Positions 43,894 through 54,997 are shown, numbered from the stretch's first letter. The stretch is 64,000 bases of DNA from an uncultured Gammaproteobacteria bacterium (GCA_963848305.1 CAWKDC010000001.1:1088001-1152000), one strand, 5' to 3'. Made by a program: numbers and translations. Notes: generated by a model from the letters alone, not told the origin.

Positions 43894-44184
43894 GTGCTGT
43901 TGCTTATGCTTAAAGAACACGTTGGAAAATTGCTCAATCGCGACACCTTATCTAAGAAATTGCAAGTAGCCAATCAGACTGTTGAAAGATGGATAACGAC
44001 TTTAGAATCATTCTATACAGTTTTTAGGGTTAAACCTTGGCATAAAAATGTTTCTCGAAGCCTTATTAAAGAACCCAAAATTTATTTGTGGGATTGGTCA
44101 AATATTACTGATATTGGCGATCGTTCAGAAAACTTTATGCTGCTCCATACGCTTTTCAGGTCATTATTGACATGCCATTTGTGA
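43894..44184 (+). pseudogene. Internal fragment of a second AAA/DUF4143-type ATPase
   Basis: TVERWITTLESFY...PWHKNVSRSLIKEPKIYLWDW...ENF. Confidence 0.7.
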
Positions 44185-44361
44185 TGGAGGATTGTTTTGC
44201 TCACAGCGACCCCATTAAGGTGCCGGCCAGGACATTTTTATCCCAGCTTATTTAAACTGAGGGGCAATGCCCTGAGCCGTTGGCGCTACATGTGCCCATA
44301 CTCTTTCTTGACATTTAAGACTAAGTTGTGTATCTTAGATGGTATTGATGCGGGGGTAGCT

Positions 44362-44838
44362 ATGATGACGTCTGGCAATATCAAAAAAGCAGGTATAGGC
44401 TTTGGTTGGCTTGTAGGTGCTGGCGCTTATGGCGCGTCCCTTTGGCAGGCAGCCATCAACAACACTGACAAAGCAGACTATCAGAGCCTCAATGAATACA
44501 ACATCCGTTTGTATGATGGCGATATGGCTGAATTTGTATGGGTACAAGCCGTTGTTGCGGTCGGTATTGGACTTTATGCCACTGTTGCGACATCCAAAGA
44601 AAATTATCAATGGCGCGCAGGCCTGTCCACGGCAGCGTTCATTTTTTGTTCTGCCTTCGCTGTTGCCTTCACCGCAGGGTCAATGACAGGATCCGATGCG
44701 GCAATCGACAGCAATGCGTTATATCCTACCGCATCTATTTTCTGTATTGTTTTATCCTGTATGTCTGCCTATTTCATGTCCATAGGATTTAGTGATTCTT
44801 CAAATGAATCAACAGCAAAGAAATCGCCGCCGGTGTGA
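44362..44838 (+). CDS. Hypothetical four-TM membrane protein
   Basis: Four hydrophobic segments; overlaps mnmG 3' end convergently. Confidence 0.6.
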   Translation: MMTSGNIKKAGIGFGWLVGAGAYGASLWQAAINNTDKADYQSLNEYNIRLYDGDMAEFVWVQAVVAVGIGLYATVATSKENYQWRAGLSTAAFIFCSAFAVAFTAGSMTGSDAAIDSNALYPTASIFCIVLSCMSAYFMSIGFSDSSNESTAKKSPPV

Positions 44839-46654
44839 CGCCAGGAATGCGGGATGCTTGACCAATCGTCCCAGGTTGATGTTGGTTCAGTTTTTCACAC
44901 ACTTCAGTTGATAGTCCCTTGACGGTTTTATAGTCAAAATCTGCCGGCAAACCGGTGGTCTCATGTTTCTTTTGCCTGTCCACTTCTTGTTGTTGTCGCT
45001 CAATGTATCCGGCATATTTTAATTGCGTTTCGACTTGTAGAACGACTTCATCATTCGGCATCTGTGATGCGAATTCTGGATCTTGTTTTAATGCATCGTA
45101 TGTGATTTCTGGACGCAATAACAAATGACTCAGCGCATATTCACGTGACATTTCTGTGCCTGATAAGGCTTCAACTATTTTTGCCATCGTTGTGCCAGGA
45201 TGAATAATCGTTTTTTTCAAACGCACCTGCTCTGCCTCCACGGCATTGTATTTGTGGGTGAAGCGTGAAAAACGTTCATCATCAACCAGGCCGAGCGTCT
45301 TTGCTTTCGGTGTTAAGCGAATATCCGCATTGTCTTCACGCAACAGCAGACGGTATTCCGCACGAGAAGTAAACATACGATAAGGTTCTGGCGCACCTTG
45401 CGTGATCAAATCATCGACCAGCACGCCCAAATATGCTTCATCTCGACTCAAGGTAAAAGCGGGCTCATTGCGCGCCTTTAATACCGCATTGATGCCAGCA
45501 TACAAACCTTGTGCAGCCGCTTCTTCATACCCCGTGGTGCCATTGATTTGACCTGCGAAAAATAAATTCTGAATGAATTTGGTTTCGAAATTGGTTTTTA
45601 AATCTCGCGGATCCATGAAATCATATTCGATCGCATAGCCGGGGCGCGTGATGTGCGCGTTTTCAAAACCAAACATGGAGCGAATGTATCGCACTTGCAC
45701 ATCATAAGGCAAACTCGTTGACACGCCGTTTGGGTATAGTTCGTTGCTGGTTAGTCCTTCTGGTTCCACAAATATTTGGTGCGAGGTTTTATCGGCAAAA
45801 CGATGGATTTTATCTTCAATCGAGGGACAATACCGCGGGCCACGACCCGTGATGTTGCCTGAAAACAACGGTGATTCGGACAAACTTTCGCGAATAATGT
45901 CGTGCGTTTTTTCATTCGTATGGGTAATATGACACGGGACTTGTTGCGGATGTTCACTCACATCCCCCATGAAAGACATCACCGGCAAGGGCGTATCGCC
46001 ATGCTGTTCCGCCAACAGATCGAGGCGCACAGTGCGTTTATCTAATCGGGGTGGTGTACCTGTTTTCAGCCTACCGACACGAAAGGGTAATGCCCGCAGA
46101 CGTTGGGATAAACCATTCGCGGGTGGGTCACCTGCGCGCCCGCCTTGAAAATTCTTCAACCCTAAATGGATAACACCGCCTAAAAATGTGCCTGTCGTCA
46201 GCACCACGGCATGGGCATAAAAATGGATACCGGTTTGGGTGATCACCCCTTTAACCGTGTCTTTTTCAACGATCAGATCTTCAATGCTTTGTTGAAAAAC
46301 GGTGATAAGCGGTTCTGAAAAGATAAACTGTTGAATCGCATTTTTATATAACAGGCGATCAGCTTGCGCTCGTGTGGCCCAACGGCTGGCCCATTTGCTG
46401 CCATTTAAGACTCGAAAGTGGATACCGGCCCGATCAGTTGCCCGAGCCATGACCCCACCCATCGCATCAATTTCTTTCACCAAATGGGATTTGCCTATAC
46501 CGCCAATCGCCGGGTTGCAAGACATTTGCCCGATGGTTTCAACATTATGGGTGACCAGTAATGTCCGGGCGCCCATTCTGGCGCAGGCATGTGCCGCTTC
46601 GGTGCCCGCATGACCACCCCCGACAACGATGACATCAAATACTGCTTTATTCAT
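44789..46654 (-). CDS. mnmG: tRNA uridine-5-carboxymethylaminomethyl modification enzyme
   Basis: [42 protein letters not shown]; short compensated frameshift at KWASRW (expected KGPAVR). Confidence 0.97.
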   Translation of the reverse strand: MNKAVFDVIVVGGGHAGTEAAHACARMGARTLLVTHNVETIGQMSCNPAIGGIGKSHLVKEIDAMGGVMARATDRAGIHFRVLNGSKWASRWATRAQADRLLYKNAIQQFIFSEPLITVFQQSIEDLIVEKDTVKGVITQTGIHFYAHAVVLTTGTFLGGVIHLGLKNFQGGRAGDPPANGLSQRLRALPFRVGRLKTGTPPRLDKRTVRLDLLAEQHGDTPLPVMSFMGDVSEHPQQVPCHITHTNEKTHDIIRESLSESPLFSGNITGRGPRYCPSIEDKIHRFADKTSHQIFVEPEGLTSNELYPNGVSTSLPYDVQVRYIRSMFGFENAHITRPGYAIEYDFMDPRDLKTNFETKFIQNLFFAGQINGTTGYEEAAAQGLYAGINAVLKARNEPAFTLSRDEAYLGVLVDDLITQGAPEPYRMFTSRAEYRLLLREDNADIRLTPKAKTLGLVDDERFSRFTHKYNAVEAEQVRLKKTIIHPGTTMAKIVEALSGTEMSREYALSHLLLRPEITYDALKQDPEFASQMPNDEVVLQVETQLKYAGYIERQQQEVDRQKKHETTGLPADFDYKTVKGLSTEVCEKLNQHQPGTIGQASRIPGVTPAAISLLLIHLKNH

Positions 46655-46746
46655 CAAATGCTTAGCCCCATAGAACACTTCATCAACGTAAGGGTCCTAT
46701 TATGCCACAAAGGATCTAACTTACGCTAGGAAGATTCACCTAAGCT

Positions 46747-47259
46747 TTAATTGCTCTCGAGTGTAATGGATATCTTGCTCTGTCCCTGAGCATCGGCTTG
46801 AACATAATTAAATATGATAGGATCAGGCCCAATTTCCCCGCAATCCGGCTGGCACGGTGTGTCAACAGTTAAACCATCCATCTCACTGGTGTAACTTAGC
46901 ATGAGATATTGACTCTTGCCTAAATTTCCTCCCTTCACCATGAAGTTAATGTCTTTGACCTCTAAAACGCTCGAGGGTACACTCACATAAGCAACATTAC
47001 CTATATCCTTACCTAACTTTACCGTGAAGCTTTTGGGGTTTTTAACAACGGCTGTATCTTGGGTATCACCCGCATTCCTGTAGGTCATGCCTTCTGGGCA
47101 CACATAAGTGAGATTAATTGTCTGGCCCGGTACTATTGAACCAGACGCGCAGGTAATGGTGGCGGTGACACCTTCAGTCGTTTTTGCTTTGGCCGCCAAG
47201 GATACACCGGGCAAAAAGCCGATGGCTAATAGGGTTGTCACGAGTATTGCATTTTTCAT
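46747..47259 (-). CDS. Hypothetical exported beta-rich protein
   Basis: GGAGG RBS, signal peptide MKNAILVTTLLAIGFLPGVSLA, four Cys. Confidence 0.65.
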   Translation of the reverse strand: MKNAILVTTLLAIGFLPGVSLAAKAKTTEGVTATITCASGSIVPGQTINLTYVCPEGMTYRNAGDTQDTAVVKNPKSFTVKLGKDIGNVAYVSVPSSVLEVKDINFMVKGGNLGKSQYLMLSYTSEMDGLTVDTPCQPDCGEIGPDPIIFNYVQADAQGQSKISITLESN

Positions 47260-47318
47260 CTTCATCGCCTCCATTGGTTTCTCTCTGTGAGTTTGGCCAA
47301 CACCGTGTGTTTTGTCAA

Positions 47319-48636
47319 TCACTTCCCGATACAAAATGATCCGAAAATCTCGCCCAATAAATCATCGGGGGTCATTTTGCCCAAAATACTGCCCAGCGCA
47401 TCGTGTGCTTCCCTCAATTCTTGAGCCAATAATTCAATGGCGGCATGCTCTAACTGCACCGTACCTTTTGTCAATGCATCAGATGCGCGCGTGATAGCCG
47501 ACAAATGCCGCGCGCGGGCGCTGCAGACATCATCGTTGAGGTGATCGAGCTGCAACCTTTGTTTGATCGCGAGGTATAAACCATCAATACCCTCCCCGGT
47601 TTTAGCGGAAATATATAAACCATTTTGCTGATGCTCAACCAAATCGGATTTGTTGTAAATATCGATACGTTTTTCTATATCAATATTGTTGAGGGCTAAG
47701 AGATGTTGATCGGGATCCGTTGCGTCGATCACGCATAAAATTAAATCGGCTGTTTTAATCGCCGACAATGCGCGCTCCACACCCATTTGTTCAACGACAT
47801 CATTTGTATCTCGCAACCCTGCGGTATCAATGATATAAAGTGGAATGCCATCGATCGATATTTTCGTTTGAATGAGATCTCGCGTGGTGCCGGGAATGTC
47901 CGTAACGATCGCAATGTCATCACCCGCCAACAAATTTAATAAGCTCGATTTGCCCGCATTGGGTTTGCCGACAATCACTGCAGTGAGTCCGCGCGATAAA
48001 ATCAAGCCGCGTTCACTGTTTTTTTTCAGTGTTTCTACTTGGCACAAAATGGTTTTTAATTGTTCTCCAATTTGTTCAGATTGAATAAATTCGATATCTT
48101 CGTCCGGAAAATCAATAGCAGCTTCCACAAACACGCGTAATTGAACCAGTTGATCATGAAGCATTGTCACCTGTTTTGAAAAGACCCCGGATAAACTGCG
48201 AACGGCTGCACGCGCAGCTTGTTCGGTAGTGGCGTGGATCAAGTCTGCTACAGCTTCTGCCTGGGCCAAATCTATTTTGTCGTTCAAATAGGCACGCTCA
48301 GTGAATTCACCGGGTTTTGCGGGCTCGGCGCCCAAGGCGTAGACCCGCTTCAATAGCGCTTGCAAGACTGCCTGCCCACCATGTCCCTGAAGTTCCAAGA
48401 CGTCTTCGCCGGTGAAAGAGTGAGGAGCCAGGGAAATAAATGGCCAAACCTTGATCAATAGGCTGCCCGTGTGCGTCATTAAATACGCTCAGGGTAGCTC
48501 GCCGAGGCTTGGGGATGCACGAGGTCACCCCCATGGCGATATCGCGGCAGAGAGGGCCTGAGACGCGCACAATCCCCACCCCTCCGAAACCGGGCGGTGT
48601 GGCAATGGCGGCAATGGTGGTCGTTCTTGTGTTCAT
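47319..48636 (-). CDS. mnmE: tRNA modification GTPase, one frameshift near 48430
   Basis: TIAAIATPPG, APHSFTGEDV, GKPNAGKSSL, C-terminal FCIGK. Confidence 0.95.
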
Positions 48637-48691
48637 GATCTGCGCATTATGACACATAGGCTATCCTTTAGAAAGATGAATGAGGATAAAC

Positions 48692-49072
48692 ATGATGCTG
48701 GATATGTGGTGGATTTCATTGGGGGCCATTGTCGGAGCCAACTTACGCTATTGGGTGAGCTCAATGGCCGCACAACATTTCACTGCGTCCCTCCCCTACG
48801 GAACATTCATTGTGAATGTGACGGGAAGTTTTATCATCGGCCTCTTCATGGCCTGGACAACCGAACGTGTGTTGGCGGATCCCCATTGGCGATTGCTTAT
48901 CGTGGTTGGGTTTTGCGGTGCTTACACGACTTTTTCAAGCTATAGTTATGAAACCATCACCCTGCTGGAGCATGGTAGCTTTTCTATGGCAGCACTCAAC
49001 TTTGTGTTTAACAACCTTTTCTGTTTGCTTGCGACCATCGCGGGCATTGCACTTGCGAGGGCCATTTCATGA
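48692..49072 (+). CDS. crcB: Fluoride channel Fluc
   Basis: GANLRY, PYGTFIVN, GFCGAYTTFSS. Confidence 0.94.
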   Translation: MMLDMWWISLGAIVGANLRYWVSSMAAQHFTASLPYGTFIVNVTGSFIIGLFMAWTTERVLADPHWRLLIVVGFCGAYTTFSSYSYETITLLEHGSFSMAALNFVFNNLFCLLATIAGIALARAIS

Positions 49073-49386
49073 CATCTGCTTTTAAAATCACGGTTTACAT
49101 CAACGAAGGTGATCAGTGGGCGCACCGCCCCTTGTACCTTCAAATATTAGAAATGTTGCAACGCAATGGATTGGCCGGCGCCACTGTATTGCATGCCATT
49201 GCAGGTTTCACCCAGCTAACGGGCGTTGAAACGACCTCTCTCGTTGATATCGATGGCAAGCTCCCGATTGTGATCGATTTTATCGATACAAGGGACAATA
49301 TTGACAAAGTGTTACCTGAGCTTAAAAAAATGGTCGGTGAGCGCCTTGTCATTCGCCAGCCCGTGGATATCCTTAACTACTATTAG
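49069..49386 (+). CDS. DUF190 (PII-like) protein
   Basis: GLAGATV..AIAGF and LPIVI motifs, coupled to crcB. Confidence 0.85.
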   Translation: MTSAFKITVYINEGDQWAHRPLYLQILEMLQRNGLAGATVLHAIAGFTQLTGVETTSLVDIDGKLPIVIDFIDTRDNIDKVLPELKKMVGERLVIRQPVDILNYY

Positions 49387-51023
49387 CCGTGTTTGCGCAT
49401 CACCCAAGCTTGCTGACTGATCGACAGGATATTGTTGACTACCCAATACAGTACCAAACCGGCCGGGAAGTTCAAGAAAATAGCCGTGAAGAAAATCGGC
49501 ATCAACATTAACACTTTTGCTTGCGTGGGATCAGCGGGCGGCGGTGATAATTTTTGTTGAATAAACATAGTCACCCCCATGATAATGGGCAACACGTAGT
49601 AAGGATCTTTGGCGGACAAATCTTGGATCCACAACATGAACGGCGCATGACGTAATTCCACGCTTTCAATCAACACCCAGTATAGCGCGATGAACACAGG
49701 GATTTGAACCAGAATAGGTAAACAACCACCCAGCGGATTGATCTTCTCTGTTTTGTAAATCTCCATCATGGCTTGACTCATTTTCTGTTTGTCATCACCA
49801 TACTTTTCTTTGAGCTTTTCAAGCTTCGGCTGAACCTTGCGCATGTTCGCCATAGACTTATAGCTTTTCTCAGACAATTTGTAGAAGAGGATTTTCACGA
49901 GCACAGTGGTCAGGATGATCGCCACGCCCCAATTACCAAACAGTTTGAAGAATTGATCCATGACCCAGAACAGCCCCTGAGAAATGATCCAGAACCAACC
50001 GTAATCAATCGTCAACTCTAAATGCGGTGCGATCGTTTTCAGCAGTGATGTATCCTCAGGCCCAATGAATAATGAGGCACCCGTCTGAACTGTTTGGCCG
50101 GGCAGCACATTGAGTGTTGGCCCCAACATCGCTAGGCGATAGACATTATTGACGGGCAAGTAGGTTTTGAACTGATAAGGCTCATCCGGTTGAGGAATAA
50201 ATGCTGTCAAGAAATAATGCTGCTGCATGGCAATCCAGCCATTGTCGGCGGTGAATGACATGGTTTCTTTTTTCATGTCTTTGTAGGTGATTTTTTGATA
50301 GTGCTTTTCAGGCGTTGAAATGGACGCACCATTGTAGGTGGAGAATCCCATCAACCCAGCAGAGGGCTGCGCCACTTCAGCGCGTTTGATTTGACCATAA
50401 AATTGGCCAACCCATGGGGCGCTGGCATGATTCTTGATCTCGTACACAATATCAATGAGGTAAGCGCCACGTCTAAAAACCAATGTTTTGGTGACTTCAA
50501 TGCCATTCTGCTCCCATTTTAAAGGAACGCGCAATTCATTTTCCCCTTCTTTGAGGGTGTATTGATTTTCAGTGCTGGTGTATTGGGCTTGCCCATCTTG
50601 TGCCGTATCTGGCCCCATCGGACTCGCTAACCCACTTTGTGCGATGTATAACGTGTCAAGCGCAGGCGTTAAAATTTCAACTGGAGGACTGTTATGATCT
50701 TGCGTTTTTAAATATTTCAGCAATTTTGCTTCAACCACATTGCCGCCACGTTTGTCGATAGTGACATCAAGCACGTCCGTCGTTAAACGAATCACATCGT
50801 TAGACATTTGAAGGATGGGCTGATGAGGTGTGTCACTGGAGGCGGATTGGGCTCCTGCTTCAGCAATGACTATCTCAGGCACATCCAAGCCAGCATGCGC
50901 AATCGGTGTCACTGCTTGTGTGGCGGGAGCAGCGGCGCGCGGCCGTTCTTCTTCCCATGCTGTCCACAATAAGAATGCGGTGAGGCACATGCCCGCCAAT
51001 AAAAAGTAACGTTGAAAATCCAT
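49383..51023 (-). CDS. yidC: Membrane protein insertase
   Basis: GNWGVAII, NPLGGCLP, DLSAKDPYY, PAGLVLYW. Confidence 0.97.
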   Translation of the reverse strand: MDFQRYFLLAGMCLTAFLLWTAWEEERPRAAAPATQAVTPIAHAGLDVPEIVIAEAGAQSASSDTPHQPILQMSNDVIRLTTDVLDVTIDKRGGNVVEAKLLKYLKTQDHNSPPVEILTPALDTLYIAQSGLASPMGPDTAQDGQAQYTSTENQYTLKEGENELRVPLKWEQNGIEVTKTLVFRRGAYLIDIVYEIKNHASAPWVGQFYGQIKRAEVAQPSAGLMGFSTYNGASISTPEKHYQKITYKDMKKETMSFTADNGWIAMQQHYFLTAFIPQPDEPYQFKTYLPVNNVYRLAMLGPTLNVLPGQTVQTGASLFIGPEDTSLLKTIAPHLELTIDYGWFWIISQGLFWVMDQFFKLFGNWGVAIILTTVLVKILFYKLSEKSYKSMANMRKVQPKLEKLKEKYGDDKQKMSQAMMEIYKTEKINPLGGCLPILVQIPVFIALYWVLIESVELRHAPFMLWIQDLSAKDPYYVLPIIMGVTMFIQQKLSPPPADPTQAKVLMLMPIFFTAIFLNFPAGLVLYWVVNNILSISQQAWVMRKHG

Positions 51024-51024
51024 A

Positions 51025-51270
51025 CTATCTTCTTCTGTCATGAACCAAAGGAACTGGATCATGGCCGTGCCCACCCCAAGGGTGGCAGCGCAAGATCCGC
51101 CAAATACCCCACGCTAACCCGCGAAGCGCACCGTGTGTTCGGATAGCTTCCGCTGCATATTCAGAGCAGCTGGGCGTGAAGCGACAATGATACCCCAAAA
51201 GTGGGCTGATACAATAGCGATAAAACGCAATCAAACTTAAAAAAACGCGTTGAATGATGGCATAAATCAA
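51025..51270 (-). CDS. yidD: Membrane protein insertion efficiency factor
   Basis: CRFTPSCSEY, RILRCHPW..GHDPVP. Confidence 0.95.
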   Translation of the reverse strand: MIYAIIQRVFLSLIAFYRYCISPLLGYHCRFTPSCSEYAAEAIRTHGALRGLAWGIWRILRCHPWGGHGHDPVPLVHDRRR

Positions 51271-51617
51271 GATGCACCTCGTAATCGAACCATCATTTGT
51301 TGCCAGTGGTGGGCAACGACCTGGGTTTGCTCTGTTCGTGGGACATCATTCATGGGCTTCTTCACGACGACGACGACGTCAAATCCTTGAATATTGGCCT
51401 GTTTCTGGCGAAAGCATTCCCGCAGAACACGCTTGATGCGATTGCGAGAGACAGCTTGTTTAATGGCTTTTTTGGGAACCGCTAAACCCAAGCGTGCCCG
51501 ACCTAATTGATTGGCTCGCACATAGAGATCAAATGACTGTCCAGAGACTTTGAGCGGTTTTTTAAACACGAAGCCAAAATCTTCCGACTTGAGCAGCCGG
51601 CTCTCTTTCAGGAACAT
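51267..51617 (-). CDS. rnpA: RNase P protein subunit
   Basis: RLGLAVPKK, AVSRNRIKR..RE. Confidence 0.95.
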   Translation of the reverse strand: MFLKESRLLKSEDFGFVFKKPLKVSGQSFDLYVRANQLGRARLGLAVPKKAIKQAVSRNRIKRVLRECFRQKQANIQGFDVVVVVKKPMNDVPRTEQTQVVAHHWQQMMVRLRGAS

Positions 51618-51634
51618 CTTAGGCTTGCCTTGAG

Positions 51635-51784
51635 TTACGCGCGTGATGCGGTTGGCGCCAAACGATGACGTCCTTTAGCGCGACGAGCCGCCAATACTTT
51701 ACGTCCACCCTTGGTGGCCATACGTGCACGAAAACCGTGAATTTTCACGCGTCTTTTTTTCTTAGGTTGGAAGGTTCTTTTCAT
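51635..51784 (-). CDS. rpmH: 50S ribosomal protein L34
   Basis: MKRTFQP...[22 protein letters not shown]. Confidence 0.97.
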   Translation of the reverse strand: MKRTFQPKKKRRVKIHGFRARMATKGGRKVLAARRAKGRHRLAPTASRA

Positions 51785-51879
51785 CGATACACCTGTGTCA
51801 AAAATCGTAGGTGCCCATTCTAACGAATCTTTATCCAAATGGCTACCCCCTATTTGAAGGTTTTTAGAATATTTGCATC

Positions 51880-52410
51880 CTTTTATTTAATATAAGTATT
51901 GAAATAAAGAACTTAATAATATTGATAAAGCGACGCAGATTTTGTGAGTATCCCGCTTTATTTCTTATATTTCATATGGTTAGGAAGGCGCCCATCATGT
52001 GGGCAACATGTCTTGAGCGTACCTCCCTTCCTGTGCATAAGTCTGCATTGATTTGAGTGATCCTATTTATCCCGGGTTATGCACGGCTGTCAGGCTTTAT
52101 TATCCACAGGGAGTCAGGAACACCATTTTTAGGGTTATTTGACTTCCAATCTTTAGGCGATGAACACGATTAATTATCATAAAAGTATATATATAAAGAA
52201 ATATAATAACTATATAGTAACGCACATTCTGTGTATAACTTATTATTTTTGATAAAATTCAATGCGATAGGCGATAATTTATTGTGGAAAACCCGATCAT
52301 TCTCCTGGGGTGAACTGTGAAGAAAGGTGTGTGTAAGTCATGCAAAGGAGAGCATCACAAGGTTATGCACAGCCGTTAAGCACAGTTAAAGGTTGTTTAT
52401 CACCAGGCTT
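51880..52410. other. Putative replication origin oriC
   Basis: DnaA boxes TTATCCACA 52100-52108, TGTGTATAA 52230-52238, TGTGCATAA 52032-52040, TTATGCACA 52363-52371, TGTGGAAAA 52283-52291; AT-rich tracts at about 51880-51930 and 52170-52220; core-gene strand bias flips here. Confidence 0.82.
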
Positions 52411-52478
52411 GTGTTGGGAATGAGAAAGCTGAAATGTGAGACTTTTTTCACAACAGTCATTAGGACTGGAAATTGGCG

Positions 52479-52504
52479 AATATCTGGAGTATACTCCAGA
52501 TATT
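52479..52504. promoter_or_regulatory. Perfect 26-bp palindrome, probable operator
   Basis: AATATCTGGAGTA-TACTCCAGATATT, ending 24 bp before the ATPase ATG. Confidence 0.65.
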
Positions 52505-52528
52505 AGTCTCTTTTCCTGGAGTGTAGTC

Positions 52529-53737
52529 ATGATTTACGATTTTAGGGCACTTTTCTATCGGTTGCTCGAGCAGGTTCCCTTTGAGCAGTTTCGCTATCTA
52601 TTCACCGAGATCAACCTCAAAAACCGTTTATTGGGGATAGTGGGCGGCCGCGGGGTGGGTAAGACAACCCTCATGTTACAGTACATCAAAAAAAACATGG
52701 GAGATGATCTAAAATATACGATATATTTTTCAGCCGATCATATTTTCTTTTCCAAACAAACTTTGGTGCAATTTGTGCACGACGCCTATTTTAATGAAGG
52801 GATTAAATATTTTTTCATTGACGAAATTCATAAGTATCAAAATTGGAATCAAGAATTGAAAAATATTTATGACAGCTATCCAGAGGTGAAGGTCGTTTTT
52901 TCGGGGAGCTCTAGCATTGACTTGATTAAAGGGACGTATGATTTATCCAGGCGCGCCATTCTCAAACATTTATATGGTCTTTCGTTCCGAGAGTATTTGA
53001 ATTTCAAAACCGGGGCACACCATGATGTCCGATCTGTTTCAGATATATTGCTTCATTACCAAGTCATGGATAAAGATTTTTCAAAGATTGAGCGCATAAA
53101 ACATTATTTTAATGATTACCTGGAGCAGGGCTATTACCCATTCCTTTTTTCTGATGAAGAAGGTTATTATCAGCGCATTAATCGTATTGTGGAAAAAACA
53201 ATTTACGAAGATATCGCGAATTTTTATAAACTCAAAACTGAAAATTTACACTACCTCAAGCGCATTTTGAGCTACCTGACCACCATCCCTCCTGGGGAGG
53301 CGAACACCAATAACTTGGCTCGCTATTTAAGTATTGATAACAAAACAGCTTTCCATTATTTGAATATCCTTTCTGAAGCAGGATTGGTACATTTGATTTA
53401 TCCAGATGCAAAAGTGAATCAAATGTTAAGAAAGATTGAAAAGATTTTTTTAAACAATACCACTCTACAACATGCATTGAATGTTCAATTGGCAAGCCCA
53501 ATTGAAAAAGGCACTATCCGTGAATTGTTTTTCATTCAGAGTTTATGCAATGCGGGTATTGATGTCTTTTACACGAAGCAAGGAGATTTCTTGGCGATGG
53601 ATACCGTTTTTGAAATTGGCGGTAAAAACAAAAAAAGGCAACAATTGTCTTCCGTAGGAGGATTGCTGGTAAAAGACGATATATTGACAAGCCTAACAGG
53701 GGTTGTTCCATTACATTATTTTGGCTTTACCTATTAA
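52529..53737 (+). CDS. AAA_14-type ATP-binding protein
   Basis: GGRGVGKTT, FIDEIHKY, FSGSS, DLSRR, GYYPF, FEIGGKNK; low GC. Confidence 0.88.
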   Translation: MIYDFRALFYRLLEQVPFEQFRYLFTEINLKNRLLGIVGGRGVGKTTLMLQYIKKNMGDDLKYTIYFSADHIFFSKQTLVQFVHDAYFNEGIKYFFIDEIHKYQNWNQELKNIYDSYPEVKVVFSGSSSIDLIKGTYDLSRRAILKHLYGLSFREYLNFKTGAHHDVRSVSDILLHYQVMDKDFSKIERIKHYFNDYLEQGYYPFLFSDEEGYYQRINRIVEKTIYEDIANFYKLKTENLHYLKRILSYLTTIPPGEANTNNLARYLSIDNKTAFHYLNILSEAGLVHLIYPDAKVNQMLRKIEKIFLNNTTLQHALNVQLASPIEKGTIRELFFIQSLCNAGIDVFYTKQGDFLAMDTVFEIGGKNKKRQQLSSVGGLLVKDDILTSLTGVVPLHYFGFTY

Positions 53738-54882
53738 AACACACCCCAACATCCCGCTAACAGCGCGACAATCATGCCACACTGTAATACACGCGTATTG
53801 ATTTTATTTCTAAAAAATGTGTGAATGGTGAGCAAAATAAAAACAGGATAACAGGCGATGATCACGGGCGCGAAATAAGCCATCAATGCATTAAAGCCAA
53901 AGAGGCTCATGCCATACGCAATTAAAAGTGTGATCAACAAGCAATGTGTTTCGGTGATTTTTTGCGTGTAATGTCGGGTGAAGTGATGCATATAATCTGC
54001 AAAAATTTTTGACAGTGCGCATGCAGTGGTAATACATGCGGCAGCAATGATGACACCAGCCACGCCGATGAATTGTTCGGGAAGCATTTTTGCACTGAGC
54101 AAAATCAGCAGAGCCTGTTTAACATCCAGTGACAGCATGCTGGCATCTGCTTGTTTGTGACTGATATAAGCGAGGCCAATATAAACCATGCTTAATAATG
54201 CGCTGGCAAAAAGTGATGCTTGAATCACGTGCTTTTTGAAATGCGCATGGGGCATTTCACGGCTCTGTTGTCGTAATTGCATATAGATAAATTGTCCAAA
54301 CACAAGTGCTGCAATACCATCCAGAGTGAAATACCCTTCTTTCAATCCAAAGAAAAAGCCTTGGGACTGATCATGTGCCAACGTGCTGCTGGCGGGGGTG
54401 ATAATCCCGGTGGCAATGATCCAGCCTAATAATATCAGCATCAGAGGTGTGAAAAATTGGCTGATCAACCGCAGCATGGTTTTGGTGTTCAGGGATAGCA
54501 CGGCGATGAGCAGACAATATAATAATCCGAACAGTTCACGTGACATGGGAAATAATGTTTCAGAAATGGCGGAATGTGCAACTGCCACGGTTCTTGGTAC
54601 AACCAAAAAAGGCCCTAATAAAAAAAGACAGAGTATCAATAAGGCTCGTCCTCCCCAAACCGTTGCGCGCTCAAAATAAGCTTTCTGATCGCCGCGATAT
54701 TCTACCATCGCCAACACGGCAACCATGGGCAATGCTACCGCTGTCAGCAGTAAGCCAAGGATGGCGAGTGGTAACCCGTTTCCTGCACTCATGCCCACAA
54801 ATAATGGAAACACCACATTGCCTGCGCCGAAAAACATGGCGAACAAACCGAGACCGGTGGTGAATGATGAGGCGGATTTCAT
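53734..54882 (-). CDS. brnQ: Branched-chain amino acid transporter
   Basis: GLGLFAMFFGAGN.VFP, VPRT, GYFTLD, ACITTA. Confidence 0.88.
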   Translation of the reverse strand: MKSASSFTTGLGLFAMFFGAGNVVFPLFVGMSAGNGLPLAILGLLLTAVALPMVAVLAMVEYRGDQKAYFERATVWGGRALLILCLFLLGPFLVVPRTVAVAHSAISETLFPMSRELFGLLYCLLIAVLSLNTKTMLRLISQFFTPLMLILLGWIIATGIITPASSTLAHDQSQGFFFGLKEGYFTLDGIAALVFGQFIYMQLRQQSREMPHAHFKKHVIQASLFASALLSMVYIGLAYISHKQADASMLSLDVKQALLILLSAKMLPEQFIGVAGVIIAAACITTACALSKIFADYMHHFTRHYTQKITETHCLLITLLIAYGMSLFGFNALMAYFAPVIIACYPVFILLTIHTFFRNKINTRVLQCGMIVALLAGCWGVF

Positions 54883-54997
54883 GGGATGTGCTCCTTAGAT
54901 AGTGAGAAGACATTATGGCATTCTTAGCTGTTGCAGATCAACCGCTCTTTGTTAAAACAATGTATACTGAATCTCGTTTTCGGCATGGGAGGTGCCA

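Noticed and set aside
46370-46400. Novel MnmG motif KWASRW
   Set aside because: A +1/-1 indel pair restores the canonical KGPAVR
48307-48657. Separate gene upstream of mnmE
   Set aside because: It is the mnmE N-terminus, split by one extra base near 48430
48637-48692. Fluoride riboswitch upstream of crcB
   Set aside because: Short divergent gap with no recognisable crcB-motif stem or pseudoknot
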